64,000 nucleotides of DNA, taken from positions 66,357 through 130,356 of the forward strand of contig DATJUJ010000036.1 of the NCBI GenBank assembly GCA_035502475.1, read 5' to 3'. The stretch comes from Thermoplasmata archaeon. Its GTDB lineage: Archaea; Thermoplasmatota; Thermoplasmata; Lutacidiplasmatales; UBA184. The notes below the pieces were generated by a model that was not told where the DNA came from, did not search any database, and was given only the letters and a program-made list of their open reading frames with translations. Positions within the stretch are counted from its first letter, which is position 1; each line of letters opens with the position of its first letter. The position numbers and the translations under genes were made by a program. Below are positions 9,484 through 19,668 of this stretch, one piece after another.

Positions 9484-10463
9484 TCCGCGCGATCGACCCC
9501 GATCCGCCGGGCCACGGAACGGGCCCAGCGGTCGAGGTCGTTCGCCCGGGTCGCCTCCACGATGCCGAAGAGGACGGTCCCGTCGGGCAAGCGCTCGGCG
9601 AAGCCCGGGGCCGTCCGCTCGGCCCGCCGGAGGAGCCGCTGGCGCAGCTGGACGCCGTCCTTGAACCGGGACGAGCAGTAGTGCAGGGGCACGCGGAGCC
9701 GGAGGTCCCGCACGAGCCGTTCCGCGACGGCCCGGCTGCCCTCGACACCCCATCCGTTCCGGGGGTCGACGCGGTAGCCCCGCGCCCGCATCGCGTCCTC
9801 GTTCGTCTCGGAGAACTCGAGCTCGTTCAGGTTCACGAAATCGACGCCGATCGCGTCCAGGGTCTTCAGCAGGCGGCGGAGTTCGGCCTCCTTTTCGGGC
9901 AGCACCGGGATCTCGACCCCGCGCCGGATCCCCCAGGCGGGCGCCTCCTCGAGCACCGCCCGGTAGGCGCCGCCGCTCGCGGCGAGCGGCCCCCAGAGAT
10001 AGTGCGGGATGTGGAGGCGGAACTCGTCGAGGCCCGCCGCCGCGAGGCGCCGGAGCTTCTCCGGGTTCGGTTCATGCGTGTAGAGGTGGATGTTGTGCTC
10101 GGGCCCGAAGGCGCCCTTGAGGAGCCGCACGTAGTGCTCGACGCGGTCGACGTAGCCAAGAGGATCGCCGCCGGTGATGCCGGTCCCGGCCGCCCCGATC
10201 GCCCGCGCCTCGGCGAGGACGTCCTCGTCGGAGAAGACCGGTCGTTCGTTCGCGTACACCAGGTCCTTCTGGTTGCGGGTGGGGCTCACGGGGCAGTAGA
10301 AGCAGCGGAACCGGCAGATCCCGGTCACGAAGAGGACCATCTTGCGGCCCTCCCGGCACTGGGCGCACGCCGGCGAGAGGGTCCCCCGGTAGCTGGAGGC
10401 CATGGGAAGGAGGTGGAGCCGCTCGACCGCCATGGGACCTGAGGGACGCGGGGCGGCCGCCAA
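9294..10463 (-). CDS. Radical SAM protein (archaeal, pyruvate formate-lyase-activase-related family)
   Basis: CRFRCFYCP CxxxCxxC cluster motif preceded by CAQCREGRKMVLFVTG; GITGGDPL. In-frame ATGs at 10433 and 10403 are alternative starts. Confidence 0.85.
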   Translation of the reverse strand: MAAAPRPSGPMAVERLHLLPMASSYRGTLSPACAQCREGRKMVLFVTGICRFRCFYCPVSPTRNQKDLVYANERPVFSDEDVLAEARAIGAAGTGITGGDPLGYVDRVEHYVRLLKGAFGPEHNIHLYTHEPNPEKLRRLAAAGLDEFRLHIPHYLWGPLAASGGAYRAVLEEAPAWGIRRGVEIPVLPEKEAELRRLLKTLDAIGVDFVNLNELEFSETNEDAMRARGYRVDPRNGWGVEGSRAVAERLVRDLRLRVPLHYCSSRFKDGVQLRQRLLRRAERTAPGFAERLPDGTVLFGIVEATRANDLDRWARSVARRIGVDRADYRLDPVRRRVELAPRVLRRAARRLPWPAFAVEEYPTADALEVEREPLNAPARARASLVVGSS

Positions 10464-10586
10464 AAGGGTTTCCGTCGCGGCCGTCGGTGGCCGAACGCCA
10501 CCAAGTGAGGTCCGGGAGCGCTGGAGGGCGCACGCTCAAATCCCCGACCCGGCTGGCCGCCCTCGCACGCAGGAGGTTCGACGGCG

Positions 10587-11345
10587 ATGGAGATGCAACC
10601 GGGTCAGATGGCCTACGACCGTGCGAGCACCGTCTTCTCGCCCGACGGACGCCTCTTCCAGGTCGAGTACGCCCTCCAGGCGATCCAGATGGGCGGGACC
10701 GCCGTCGCGGTCACGTACGATACGGGGATCGTCTTCGTCGCGTACCGCAACCTGCCGGTGAGCTCGCTCGCGGAGGCCGGGTCGATCGAGAAGAGCTTCG
10801 CGATCGACGCGGGGCTCGGCTGCGTGACCGCGGGCCTCATCGCCGACTCCCGTGTGCTCGTGGAGTTCCTGCGCGTGGAAGCCCAGCGGCACCGGCTGAC
10901 GTACGGGGAGTCCGCCCCGTACACGCTCCTCGGCCACGCCTTGGGCACGCTCCTCCAGCAATTCACCCAGTTCGGCGGCACGCGCCCGTTCGCGGTCTCG
11001 CTGCTCCTGGGCGGCTTCAACCAGGGCGCCCCGGGCCTCGTCGAGCTCGACCCCAGCGGGGCCACCATCGGATGGAAGGCGTACGCGATCGGTCGGAACC
11101 GCCGGGCCGTCGCCGACTACCTGGAAGAGAAGCTCGGCGAGAAGCTCTCCGAGGATGCGGCCTTCAAGCTCGCGGTCCAGGCGGTCGCCGAGGGGTCCCC
11201 GACGCCGTTCCAGGCCGAGGCGCTCGACGTCGCGATCTTGGAGCCCGACACGGAGCTCCGCCGCCTGCCCGTCGCCGAGGTCGCCCGGCGAGTCCAGGGC
11301 ATGCCGTTCATCGGCACCCCCGAGCGGAAGCCGAACGGCCGCTGA
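10587..11345 (+). CDS. psmA: Proteasome subunit alpha
   Basis: 252-aa ORF with the signature YDRASTVFSPDGRLFQVEYA. Confidence 0.93.
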   Translation: MEMQPGQMAYDRASTVFSPDGRLFQVEYALQAIQMGGTAVAVTYDTGIVFVAYRNLPVSSLAEAGSIEKSFAIDAGLGCVTAGLIADSRVLVEFLRVEAQRHRLTYGESAPYTLLGHALGTLLQQFTQFGGTRPFAVSLLLGGFNQGAPGLVELDPSGATIGWKAYAIGRNRRAVADYLEEKLGEKLSEDAAFKLAVQAVAEGSPTPFQAEALDVAILEPDTELRRLPVAEVARRVQGMPFIGTPERKPNGR

Positions 11346-11388
11346 GCCGGCCGGCGCGCGGCTAAGAGCCGCCCGGCCTTCCCGACGC

Positions 11389-11937
11389 ATGGCCCGCCCG
11401 CTCGAGCTCTCGGTGCGCGACCTCCGCGCGCTCGTCGACTACAACCGCGCAGTGTTCGATCGGTTCGCCCGGCGGGTGCGACGCCTGCCGCTCGACGCGG
11501 CGATGAAGCGGCGGGGGACCGGCCACGAGTCGCTGTTCCAGACCCTCGTGCACATCCTCAACGTCCAGGAGGTCTGGTGGGTCTACATCCTCCGGGGGCG
11601 TACCTCGGATGCGGAGCTGGAGGCCCTCTTCCAGGAGGCTGCGCGCAAGCCCACCGATTGGAAGGGATTCGATCGATACCGACGGCGGGTCTGGGCCGGG
11701 GTCGACGAGACCCTCTCGGCACTCACCCCGGCGCGCCTCGGGGCCCGCGTGTCGGTGTTCTGGATGCCGGGCCGCTACACCGTGCGCGACGGGGCGCTCC
11801 AGACGACGTTCGAGGAAGCCCACCACCTGGGCGAGATCATCGGCGCACTGTGGCAGGACGACATCGAGCCCCCCGCGATGACCTGGATCGATGTGCGCCG
11901 CGCGGCCGAACGGTCGGCCCGACGCCGCCCCCGCTAG
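11389..11937 (+). CDS. DinB-family (DinB_2-like) four-helix-bundle protein
   Basis: ATG 11389, in frame within track ORF 11155..11937. Contains ..NRAVFDRFARRV..HILNVQEVW..FEEAHHLGEI.. His-containing helices typical of the DinB superfamily. The earlier part of the track ORF overlaps psmA. Confidence 0.6.
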   Translation: MARPLELSVRDLRALVDYNRAVFDRFARRVRRLPLDAAMKRRGTGHESLFQTLVHILNVQEVWWVYILRGRTSDAELEALFQEAARKPTDWKGFDRYRRRVWAGVDETLSALTPARLGARVSVFWMPGRYTVRDGALQTTFEEAHHLGEIIGALWQDDIEPPAMTWIDVRRAAERSARRRPR

Positions 11938-12566
11938 CGCGCCGCACGCCGCCCGGCGGCTCCCGGGAGCTCGGCGGCGGGCGCGGCCAGCAGCGAGTTC
12001 ATGGCGCTCCGGAGGACCGCCCGCGTCCGGGCCGGGTCGAAGCCCACGCTTAAGTCCCAGACGGCCGCCTGGAACAGGGCCACGACCATGAACGTCAGGA
12101 CGTCCAGGTCCCCGTCCCACCCGATGACCCGGCGGCGGCGCAGCTCCGCGAGGAACTTGCGGAGGCTCTTGAGGTCCTCCCGGTGGTCGACCCGGATCGC
12201 CGCGCGGATCTCCTCATCGTGCGAGGCTTCGCCCAGGATCTCGAAGTAGAGCGCGACCTGCTCCCGGCTCACGGCCTTCCGGAAGACGTCATCGAAGGTC
12301 TCCGAGAACCGGTCTGCGGGATCCGAGCGTTCGAGGGCCTCACGCATCCAGGCGCGGGCGGTGCGCCGGTTCGCGGCCTGGATCTCGCGCAGGAGGTCGA
12401 TCTTGGAGCGGTAGTAGAGGTAGATCGCCGCCTTGCTCACCCCGAGGGCGTCGGCGACGTCCTCCATCGTGGTCCGTCGGTAGCCCCGGGTGACGAAGAG
12501 GTGGCGCGCGGCGTCGAGGATGCGCGCCCGGGCCTCGGCCTTGTATCCGGGGACGACCTTCGGCAT
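11934..12566 (-). CDS. TetR/AcrR-family transcriptional regulator
   Basis: N-terminal HTH ILDAARHLFVTRGYRRTTMEDVADALGVSKAAIYLYYRSK. Divergent from an MFS gene. Confidence 0.9.
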   Translation of the reverse strand: MPKVVPGYKAEARARILDAARHLFVTRGYRRTTMEDVADALGVSKAAIYLYYRSKIDLLREIQAANRRTARAWMREALERSDPADRFSETFDDVFRKAVSREQVALYFEILGEASHDEEIRAAIRVDHREDLKSLRKFLAELRRRRVIGWDGDLDVLTFMVVALFQAAVWDLSVGFDPARTRAVLRSAMNSLLAAPAAELPGAAGRRAAR

Positions 12567-12596
12567 GGCTCGACCCGGGGACGCGGAGCGCCCTTA

Positions 12597-12652
12597 ACTG
12601 ACTTTCCGTCTGACACACTGACTCATGGACTGAAAACTGACTTATAGTCAGT
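12597..12652. promoter_or_regulatory. Candidate TetR operator cluster: ACTGACT half-sites including the perfect palindrome ACTGACT-TAT-AGTCAGT
   Basis: ACTGACT at 12597, 12617 and 12636, with the inverted copy AGTCAGT at 12646..12652. Located in the AT-richer 127-bp spacer between tetR and the MFS gene. Confidence 0.55.
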
Positions 12653-12693
12653 ATGCTCCTGCCCTTCGACGGGCCCTGGCCCGCACGGAACCG

Positions 12694-14313
12694 ATGGACG
12701 CGACGGAGCCCGCCCCCCCGCCGGCCTTGCCGGAGCCCCACTACCTCACGGGGGCCGCCGCGGCGGGCGTCGTCCTCGGCATCTTCCTCGCGATCCTGCT
12801 CGCTGGCCTCGATGGCCTCGTCGTCGCGACGGCGCTGCCGACGATCGCGCGGTCGCTGCACGCCGCGGACGGGGTCACGTTCGTGACGAGCGCCTATCTG
12901 ATCGCGTCGACCGTGGCGATCCCGATCTTCTCGAGGCTCTCGGACCTCTACAGCCGGCGGGACGTCTTCCTGATCGCGCTCGGCATCTTCATCGGCGGCT
13001 CCGCGCTCGCCGGGCTCAGCCAGTCGCTCGCGGAACTGATCGTCTTCCGCGCGGTCCAGGGCTTCGGGTCCGGCGCGTTCCTGCCGGTCGGGATCGCGAT
13101 GGTCGCGCTCCTGTTCTCGCCGAAGAACCGGACGCGCCTCACCGGGATCCTCTCGGCCGCGGGCGGCCTCTCGATCGTCGCCGGGCCGCTGCTCGGGAGC
13201 TACATCGTGAGCGTCACCACCTGGCGGTGGGTGTTCTACGTGAACCTCCCGATCGGCGTCGCGGCGATGGGGGTGCTGTTCCTCACCCTCGCGCCGCTGC
13301 GCTCCGAAGCGCCGGGGCGGTTCGACGCCCTGGGCGCGGGCCTGCTCGCGGGCTGGGTGAGCGCGCTCATGCTGCCGCTGGTCGAGATCGCCGACGGCTC
13401 GTGGGCCTGGACGACCCCCGCGTCGATCGCGCTCCTCGCGACCGCCGCGGTCGCCTTCGGGGCGTTCGTCCGCTGGGAGCTGCGGCACTCCGAGCCCATC
13501 GTGCCGCTGCGGCTCCTGGGCCGGCGGGTGGTCGCCGCGACCGGCGGGATCTCGCTCGTGACGGGGATCGTCTTCACGTCGCTGCTGACCCTCCTCGGGC
13601 TGTTCGTCGGCCTCGTCCTGTTCCCCACGGACCCCAACAGCCAGGCGCTGATCCGCGACGTCGACTACTTCTTCGCCGTCCCGCTCATCCTGGGCGCGGT
13701 CCTCGCGGGCGGGCTCCTCACGCGGTTCTCCTACCGGGCGATCCTGCCTCCCGCGCTCCTCCTCGCGGGCGTGAGCGCGCTGTTCCTGTACGGCGTCCAC
13801 GCCTCGACGCCGCTCTGGGTCCTCGCCTACGGATTCCTGCCGGTAGGGGGCCTCGTGCTGCCGCTCATCCCGTTCGGGTTCGGCGCCGGCATCGGGCTCG
13901 CCGGGGCCACGATCGCGATCCAGAACGAGGTCCCGCGCCACGAGGTCGGCGCCGGGATCGGCATCACCCGGTTCCTGCAGAGCCTCGGCGGAGCGGTCGG
14001 GCTCTCCCTCTTCACGGTCTACCTCGCCTGGCGGTCGACCCAGGGCCTGCCCGCGGCGCCGACCCCGGGCGATGCGCTCGCCGCGACGGTCGCCGGATAC
14101 GACGTGGTCTTCCTCGTGATGGCGATCGTGACGATCGCCGCCGGGCTCGTCGCCTTCGCGATCTCGGGCCGGGCGGTCCCCGCCCCGATCGAGGCGCCGG
14201 ACGAGCCCGGCGCGGAGGGCGTGGGGCCCGGGCTCAGGCCGACGACGGAGGGGGCGGCGCCGCGGCGAACTCCTCCCGGAGTCGCATCCGACGACGCGTC
14301 CGGTGGTACGTGA
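12694..14313 (+). CDS. MFS drug/H+ antiporter (DHA2/EmrB-like, about 14 TM)
   Basis: 539-aa hydrophobic ORF. MFS motif A-like FSRLSDLYSRRDVFL. Many predicted TM helices. Divergent from tetR. Confidence 0.85.
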   Translation: MDATEPAPPPALPEPHYLTGAAAAGVVLGIFLAILLAGLDGLVVATALPTIARSLHAADGVTFVTSAYLIASTVAIPIFSRLSDLYSRRDVFLIALGIFIGGSALAGLSQSLAELIVFRAVQGFGSGAFLPVGIAMVALLFSPKNRTRLTGILSAAGGLSIVAGPLLGSYIVSVTTWRWVFYVNLPIGVAAMGVLFLTLAPLRSEAPGRFDALGAGLLAGWVSALMLPLVEIADGSWAWTTPASIALLATAAVAFGAFVRWELRHSEPIVPLRLLGRRVVAATGGISLVTGIVFTSLLTLLGLFVGLVLFPTDPNSQALIRDVDYFFAVPLILGAVLAGGLLTRFSYRAILPPALLLAGVSALFLYGVHASTPLWVLAYGFLPVGGLVLPLIPFGFGAGIGLAGATIAIQNEVPRHEVGAGIGITRFLQSLGGAVGLSLFTVYLAWRSTQGLPAAPTPGDALAATVAGYDVVFLVMAIVTIAAGLVAFAISGRAVPAPIEAPDEPGAEGVGPGLRPTTEGAAPRRTPPGVASDDASGGT

Positions 14314-15952
14314 TCGCGAACCGGTGCGCTTCGTCGCGCACCGCCCGCAGCAGCAGCATCGGGGCCGAGTTCGGGTTCGGACGCAGCGGTTCCGGCCGGT
14401 CCGACGTGTAGACCTCCTCTTCCCGCTTCGCGAGCCCGATCGTCGGGATCCGGTCGGTGAGGTTGAGCGCCGAGAGCGAGCTCAGGGCCGCGGAGAGCTG
14501 CCCGGCCCCCCCGTCGATGAGCAGGAGGTCGGGGAGCGGTTCGCCCTCGGCGGCGCGCCGAAGGTAGCGCCGCCGGACGACCTCCGCGATCATGGCGAAG
14601 TCGTTCATGCCGGGGACGGTCCGGATGCGGAAGCGCCGGTACTCCGCCTTCTTCGGGACGCCCCGCTCGAAGACGACGAGCGAGCCCACCGCCTCCGCGC
14701 CCTGGAAGATCGAGATGTCGGTGCCCTCGATCCGGTTCGGGATCGTCGGGAGCGCGAGCAGGCTCTGGAGCGCGAGGAGGACCTCCCGCGGGGGCGGTCG
14801 GGCCACGACCTGGTCGACCGTCGCGCGCGCGAGCCGCTCGGCGAGCCGCCCGAGCGAGGCGAACCGTCCCGTGGGGCGGAACTGGACGTCGACGCCGCGG
14901 GCGCCGAACAGGTCGTCGAGCGTCGCATCGAGGCCGGCGGGTCGCGGCCCCGCGATGTAGATCCGATCGGGGAGTTCGAAGCGCCCGCCGTAGAACTGCG
15001 TCAGGAACTGCCGGAGCACCTCGCCCGGTTCGGGGACGTCGTCGGCCGGGATCGAGAGCAGGTGGGGCTCGGTGCCCCGGACCTCTCCGTCCTCCACGCG
15101 GAGGAGGCCGATCGCGACACGCAGGGTGCCGGGATCGGTCGGGAAGGCGAGGGCGAGCACGTCCGCGCGTCCCGAGCCCCGGCCGATGACCGCCTGGCGC
15201 TCGGCGAGGGCCCCGAGCCCGCTGAGGGCGTCGCGGAGCAGGGCAGCGCGCTCGAACTCCTCGCGGCGGGCGGCGTCCCGCATCGCGTCCTCGAGCGCGG
15301 GCCGGACGAGGGTGGTCTTTCCCCGGAGCACCTCGACCGCGCGGTCGATCTGGGCCCGGTAGGTGGGCGCATCGATCGCGCCGATGCACGGCGCGCTGCA
15401 GACCTTGAGGTGGTAGTAGAGGCACGCCTGCTTCGGGAGCTTCACGCACCGGCGGAGCTGGAAGAGGTCGCCGAGGAGGTGCTCGACGCCGCGCGCCTCG
15501 CGGGCGCTCGTGTACGGACCGAAAAGGAGCACGCCGGCCCGGCGGCGGGGCCGCCGCACGAGCACGATCCGGGGGAACTCGTCCCCGACGGTGACGGCGA
15601 GGTACGGGTAGCTCCGGTCGTCCTTGAGGAGGACGTTGTACGGGGGCTGGTACTGCTTCACCAGGCTCGCCTCGAGGAGGAGCGCCTCGCGCTCGGTCGA
15701 GGTCGGCACGAACTCGACGCTCGCGCTCTGCGCGACGATCGACCCGTCCTTCTCGATCTTGGCCCGGAGGTGGTCGAGGACGCGGCGCCGCAGGCTCCGC
15801 GCCTTCCCGACGTACACGACCTCGCCGGCCGGGCCGCGGAACAGGTAGACCCCGGGGGCGTCCGGCCCCGTCCGGAACCCCTCGCGGGTCTCGGCCGCGA
15901 GGTGGCTCGCGGGCACGAAGGCGGGGAGCTCGGGCGCCGGCTTCTCCGTCAT
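14234..15952 (-). CDS. uvrC: Excinuclease ABC subunit C, lacking the C-terminal (HhH)2 domain
   Basis: In-frame ATG 15952 inside track ORF 14234..18427. GIY-YIG GVYLFRGPAGEVVYVGKA, UVR-like helix EEFERAALLRD, endonuclease domain IEGTDISIFQG, DEAHRFAITYHR. ATGA overlap with the uvrA stop. Confidence 0.9.
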   Translation of the reverse strand: MTEKPAPELPAFVPASHLAAETREGFRTGPDAPGVYLFRGPAGEVVYVGKARSLRRRVLDHLRAKIEKDGSIVAQSASVEFVPTSTEREALLLEASLVKQYQPPYNVLLKDDRSYPYLAVTVGDEFPRIVLVRRPRRRAGVLLFGPYTSAREARGVEHLLGDLFQLRRCVKLPKQACLYYHLKVCSAPCIGAIDAPTYRAQIDRAVEVLRGKTTLVRPALEDAMRDAARREEFERAALLRDALSGLGALAERQAVIGRGSGRADVLALAFPTDPGTLRVAIGLLRVEDGEVRGTEPHLLSIPADDVPEPGEVLRQFLTQFYGGRFELPDRIYIAGPRPAGLDATLDDLFGARGVDVQFRPTGRFASLGRLAERLARATVDQVVARPPPREVLLALQSLLALPTIPNRIEGTDISIFQGAEAVGSLVVFERGVPKKAEYRRFRIRTVPGMNDFAMIAEVVRRRYLRRAAEGEPLPDLLLIDGGAGQLSAALSSLSALNLTDRIPTIGLAKREEEVYTSDRPEPLRPNPNSAPMLLLRAVRDEAHRFAITYHRTRRRMRLREEFAAAPPPPSSA

Positions 15953-18813
15953 CCGCGGGCCCGCCGGACGATCGGCGCGGGTGCGCGCAGGATCGGGGCG
16001 AGGAACCGGCCGGTGTGGGAGCTCCCGACCCGGGTGACGTCCTCGGGGGTCCCCTGCGCGACGACGCGGCCCCCGGCGTTGCCGCCCTCGGGCCCGAGGT
16101 CGATGAGCCAGTCGGCGGCCTTGAGGACGTCGAGGTTGTGCTCGATGACGACGATCGTGTTGCCGCCCGCGCGCAGGCGGAACAGCACCTCGAGGAGCCG
16201 CTCCACGTCGGCGAAGTGGAGGCCCGTGGTCGGCTCGTCGAGCAGGTAGAGCGTCTTGCCCGTCGGGGGCTTCGCGAGCTCGTAGGCGATCTTGATCCGC
16301 TGCGCTTCCCCGCCCGAGAGCGTGGTCGCGCTCTGGCCGAGCCGCACGTAGCCCAACCCGACGTCCTGGAGGAGCCGAAGGCGGCTCTCGATGCGGCGGT
16401 GCAGGGCGAAGAACCGGAGCGCCTCGTCGACGGTCATCTCGAGCACGTCGGCGATCGTCTTGCCCTTGAACGTGACCTCGAGGGTCTCGGAGTTGAACCG
16501 CTTGCCCCCGCACTCCTCGCAGGCCACGTAGACGTCGGGCAGGAAGTGCATCTCGTACCGGAGCTCCCCGTCGCCCTCGCACGCCTCGCATCGGCCGCCG
16601 GCGACGTTGAAGCTGAACCGGCCCGGCGCGAACCCCCGGGCCTTCGCCTCCGGGAGGCCGGCGAACAGCTCGCGGATCGGGGTCATGAGGCCGGTGTACG
16701 TCGCGGGGTTGGAGCGGGGGGTCCGGCCGATCGGGGACTGGTCGATGAGCAGCACGCGGTCGATCTCGTCGATCCCCTCGATGTAGTCGTGCTTGCCCGG
16801 GGTCTCCCGCCCGAGCCCCAGGTGCCGCCGCACCGCCTTGTAGAGGATCTCCTCGAGGACCGTCGACTTCCCGCTCCCCGAGACGCCCGAGAAGGCGACG
16901 AGGAGGCCGAGCGGGATCTTGATCGGGTCGCCCTTCAAGTTGTGCTCCCGGGGGTTGTGGATCGTCAAGAACCGGCGGGCCGGCGCGGCCCGCTGCGTCG
17001 GGACCGCGATCGAACGGCGCCCCGAGAGGAACTGCGCGGTCAGCGACCGCGGCGCCCCCGCGATGCGGTGGGGGGGCCCGGAGTACAGGATCTCCCCGCC
17101 CTGCACGCCCGCGCCCGGCCCCAGGTCGACGAGCCAGTCCGCCTCGCGCATCGTCATCTCGTCGTGCTCGACGACGAGCAGCGTGTTGCCGAGGTCGCGG
17201 AGGGTCTTGAGGGTCGCGAGGAGCCGCGCGTGGTCGCGCGGGTGGAGACCGATCGACGGCTCGTCGAGGATGTAGAGGACCCCGACGAGGCCGGAGCCGA
17301 TCTGGGTCGCGAGCGCGATCCGCTCCGACTCGCCCCCCGAGAGGCTGCCGCTCGCGCGATCGAGGGTGAGGTACGTGAGCCCGACGTTCTCGAGGAACTG
17401 GAGCCGGCTGCGGATCTCCTTCACGACCTGGCCCACGATCTGCTCGTCGCGCTCCGCGAGCGTCAGGCCCCGGAACATCGCGGCGACCTCGAGGATCGTG
17501 AGGTGGGCGACCTCGGCGATCGATCGCCCTTCGACGGTGACCGCGAGGCTCGCGGGCTTGAGCCGCTTCCCCCCGCACGAGCGGCAGGGGACGAACGACA
17601 TGAACCCGAGGTAGTACTCCTTCGCTCCCTCGCTCTTCGTCGACCGCCACCGACGCTCGACGGCGGCGACGAGGCCTTCGCGCAGCCAGCCCGAGAGCCA
17701 CCAGTGGGACGGCGTGCCGCGGCCGGCGGCGCCGAGACTCTTGTCCGAGCCGTACATGAGCGCCTTCCAGCCCTTCTCGGAGAGCTCGCGGACGGGCCGG
17801 CGGGGATCGTAGCCGAACATCTCGGCGAACCGCTGGAGCGACGGCCCTTCGGGGGTGAGGCCCCAGACTGCGATCGCCTTCGCGAGCGGCTTGTCCTTGT
17901 CGGGGACCAACCGCTCGGGGTCGGCGTGGAGCGTGGCCCCGATCCCCGAGCACTCGGGGCAGGCGCCGATCGGGTTGTTGAACGAGAACATGCGGGGCGC
18001 GAGCTCCTCGATCGAGAACCCGCACGTCGGGCAGGCGCGTCGGCTCGAGAACGTCTCGCGGACCCCACCCGCCCGGCGCAGCACGACCAGGCCGTCGCCG
18101 AGCTGGCGGGCGAGCTCGATCGACTCGGCGAGCCGGCTCTCCTCGCCGGGTCCCACCTCGAGGCTGTCGACGATCACCTCGACCGTGTGCTTCTTGTTCT
18201 TCTCGAGGCGGATCTCCGGGCCCGGAAGGCGGACCTCGACCCCGTCGATCACGAACCGACGATACCCCGACTTCCGCAGCCGGTCGATCACGTCGCGGTG
18301 CTCCCCCTTCATCGCCCGGATCGCGGGCGCGAGCAGGTCGACCTTCTCGCCCGGGGCGCGGGTCCGGACCGCGTCGGCGATCCGGTCGACCGACTGCGGC
18401 GCGATCGGCTGCCCGTCGTTCGGGCAATGCGGCACGCCGATCCGCGCGTAGAGGAGCCGGAGGTAGTCGTAGATCTCGGTCACCGTGCCGACGGTCGAGC
18501 GCGGATTGCGGCTCCCGGCCCGCTGCTCGATCGCGATCGCCGGCGAGAGGCCGTCGATCGAGTCGACGTCGGGCTTGTCCATCTGGCCCAGGAACTGGCG
18601 GGCGTACGACGACAGGCTCTCGATGTACCGCCGCTGTCCTTCCGCGTAGAGCGTGTCGAAGGCGAGCGACGACTTCCCCGAGCCGCTCACCCCGGTGATG
18701 ACGACGAACTGGCCCCGGGGGAGGTCCAGGGAGACGTTCTTCAGGTTGTGCTGGCGCGCCCCGCGGATGCGGATGGCGTCGGACGGATCGGCCATGCGTT
18801 CGCGACCGTTCAC
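15949..18813 (-). CDS. uvrA: Excinuclease ABC subunit A
   Basis: 954-aa ORF. Two ABC ATPase modules ([46 protein letters not shown]) and zinc-finger CxxC pairs. Confidence 0.95.
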   Translation of the reverse strand: MNGRERMADPSDAIRIRGARQHNLKNVSLDLPRGQFVVITGVSGSGKSSLAFDTLYAEGQRRYIESLSSYARQFLGQMDKPDVDSIDGLSPAIAIEQRAGSRNPRSTVGTVTEIYDYLRLLYARIGVPHCPNDGQPIAPQSVDRIADAVRTRAPGEKVDLLAPAIRAMKGEHRDVIDRLRKSGYRRFVIDGVEVRLPGPEIRLEKNKKHTVEVIVDSLEVGPGEESRLAESIELARQLGDGLVVLRRAGGVRETFSSRRACPTCGFSIEELAPRMFSFNNPIGACPECSGIGATLHADPERLVPDKDKPLAKAIAVWGLTPEGPSLQRFAEMFGYDPRRPVRELSEKGWKALMYGSDKSLGAAGRGTPSHWWLSGWLREGLVAAVERRWRSTKSEGAKEYYLGFMSFVPCRSCGGKRLKPASLAVTVEGRSIAEVAHLTILEVAAMFRGLTLAERDEQIVGQVVKEIRSRLQFLENVGLTYLTLDRASGSLSGGESERIALATQIGSGLVGVLYILDEPSIGLHPRDHARLLATLKTLRDLGNTLLVVEHDEMTMREADWLVDLGPGAGVQGGEILYSGPPHRIAGAPRSLTAQFLSGRRSIAVPTQRAAPARRFLTIHNPREHNLKGDPIKIPLGLLVAFSGVSGSGKSTVLEEILYKAVRRHLGLGRETPGKHDYIEGIDEIDRVLLIDQSPIGRTPRSNPATYTGLMTPIRELFAGLPEAKARGFAPGRFSFNVAGGRCEACEGDGELRYEMHFLPDVYVACEECGGKRFNSETLEVTFKGKTIADVLEMTVDEALRFFALHRRIESRLRLLQDVGLGYVRLGQSATTLSGGEAQRIKIAYELAKPPTGKTLYLLDEPTTGLHFADVERLLEVLFRLRAGGNTIVVIEHNLDVLKAADWLIDLGPEGGNAGGRVVAQGTPEDVTRVGSSHTGRFLAPILRAPAPIVRRARG

Positions 18814-19532
18814 GCGGGCAGGAGGTCCTTCACCGTCGTCTCGAGGCGGTCGAGGACGTGCGCCTGGACCCGGCGGCCGAGCTCGGCGGAGGCGGGCCGG
18901 GTGTCGCCCATCACGCTCTCGGGCCAGTCGGCGGCCGCGGGCGCGCCGGGGACGAACGGACTGGGCCGGTACGGGACCACGGGACGCTCCGGGCCGACCG
19001 TCGTCGGCGCGATCGCCATCACCCGCGACGTCTCGAGGAGCCCCGCGTGGCCGTCGGTGGGCGGCGACTCCTGGCCCCGGAGCTCGTAGACGAAGTCGTA
19101 GTCGGAGAGCACGACGATCTTGAGGCCCGGCCGGGCCCGCATCGCCTCGTCCGCGGCCTCGCGCAGGGCGGCCATGTGGCCGCGCTCCGCGTGGCCCGAG
19201 AGCACCAGGATGCGACGCACCCCGGAGCGACCCAGCTCGCTCAGGACGCCGGTGGCGTGCAGCCCCAGTTGCGCGAGCGAGAGCGAGACCGTCCCGGGGA
19301 AGTTGCGGGCTCCGGGCGCGGAGCCGTAGGCGAGGGTGGGGGCCACGAGCGCTCCGACGCGCTCGGCGAGCGCGTCCGCGGTCGCCTCCGCCTGGAGCTG
19401 GTCGGCTCCGAGCGGGAGGTGGGGCCCGTGCGCCTCGAGGGCGCCCACGGGCACGATCACGAGAGGGTTCTGCGCGAGCCGACGCTCGAACGCGCGCGAG
19501 TCGAGGTCGAGGAGGCGATGCGAAGCATCCAT
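18810..19532 (-). CDS. Creatininase-family amidohydrolase (ArfB-like)
   Basis: 240-aa ORF. Motifs [37 protein letters not shown]. 4-nt overlap with the uvrA start. Confidence 0.75.
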   Translation of the reverse strand: MDASHRLLDLDSRAFERRLAQNPLVIVPVGALEAHGPHLPLGADQLQAEATADALAERVGALVAPTLAYGSAPGARNFPGTVSLSLAQLGLHATGVLSELGRSGVRRILVLSGHAERGHMAALREAADEAMRARPGLKIVVLSDYDFVYELRGQESPPTDGHAGLLETSRVMAIAPTTVGPERPVVPYRPSPFVPGAPAAADWPESVMGDTRPASAELGRRVQAHVLDRLETTVKDLLPA

Positions 19533-19554
19533 CGCCGAAACGACGGGCCGTCGG

Positions 19555-19561
19555 TATTTAA
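19555..19561 (-). promoter_or_regulatory. TATA-like box for the creatininase-uvrA-uvrC string
   Basis: Plus-strand gtatttaac lies about 26 nt upstream of ATG 19532. Confidence 0.4.
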
Positions 19562-19668
19562 CGCGGAACGAGGGGTGAAGGAACGGGTACGCTCCGGTCG
19601 CGGGGGACCGGGCGGGGCGTCGGGCTCTTAGCCGACGCGCGCCTCCGGGTGGGATTCGGCCCCCCGGC

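Noticed and set aside
12653-12886. 77-aa ORF starting at the ATG right after the ACTGACT palindrome.
   Set aside because: It is out of frame with the MFS transporter, and its Arg/Pro/Ser-rich translation has no hydrophobic helices. The MFS frame starting at ATG 12694 explains the region.
16015-19089. 1024-aa plus-strand ORF antisense to uvrA and the creatininase-family gene. Similar giants are 14303..16249 (+), 14019..15449 (-) and the N-terminal 825 aa of 14234..18427 (-).
   Set aside because: The translations are dominated by Arg/Pro/Gly/Ala/Asp/Glu with no motifs. They fully overlap genes with unmistakable UvrA/UvrC signatures. Long stop-free alternative frames are expected in very GC-rich DNA. 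Only the last 572 aa of 14234..18427 (from ATG 15952) are UvrC.
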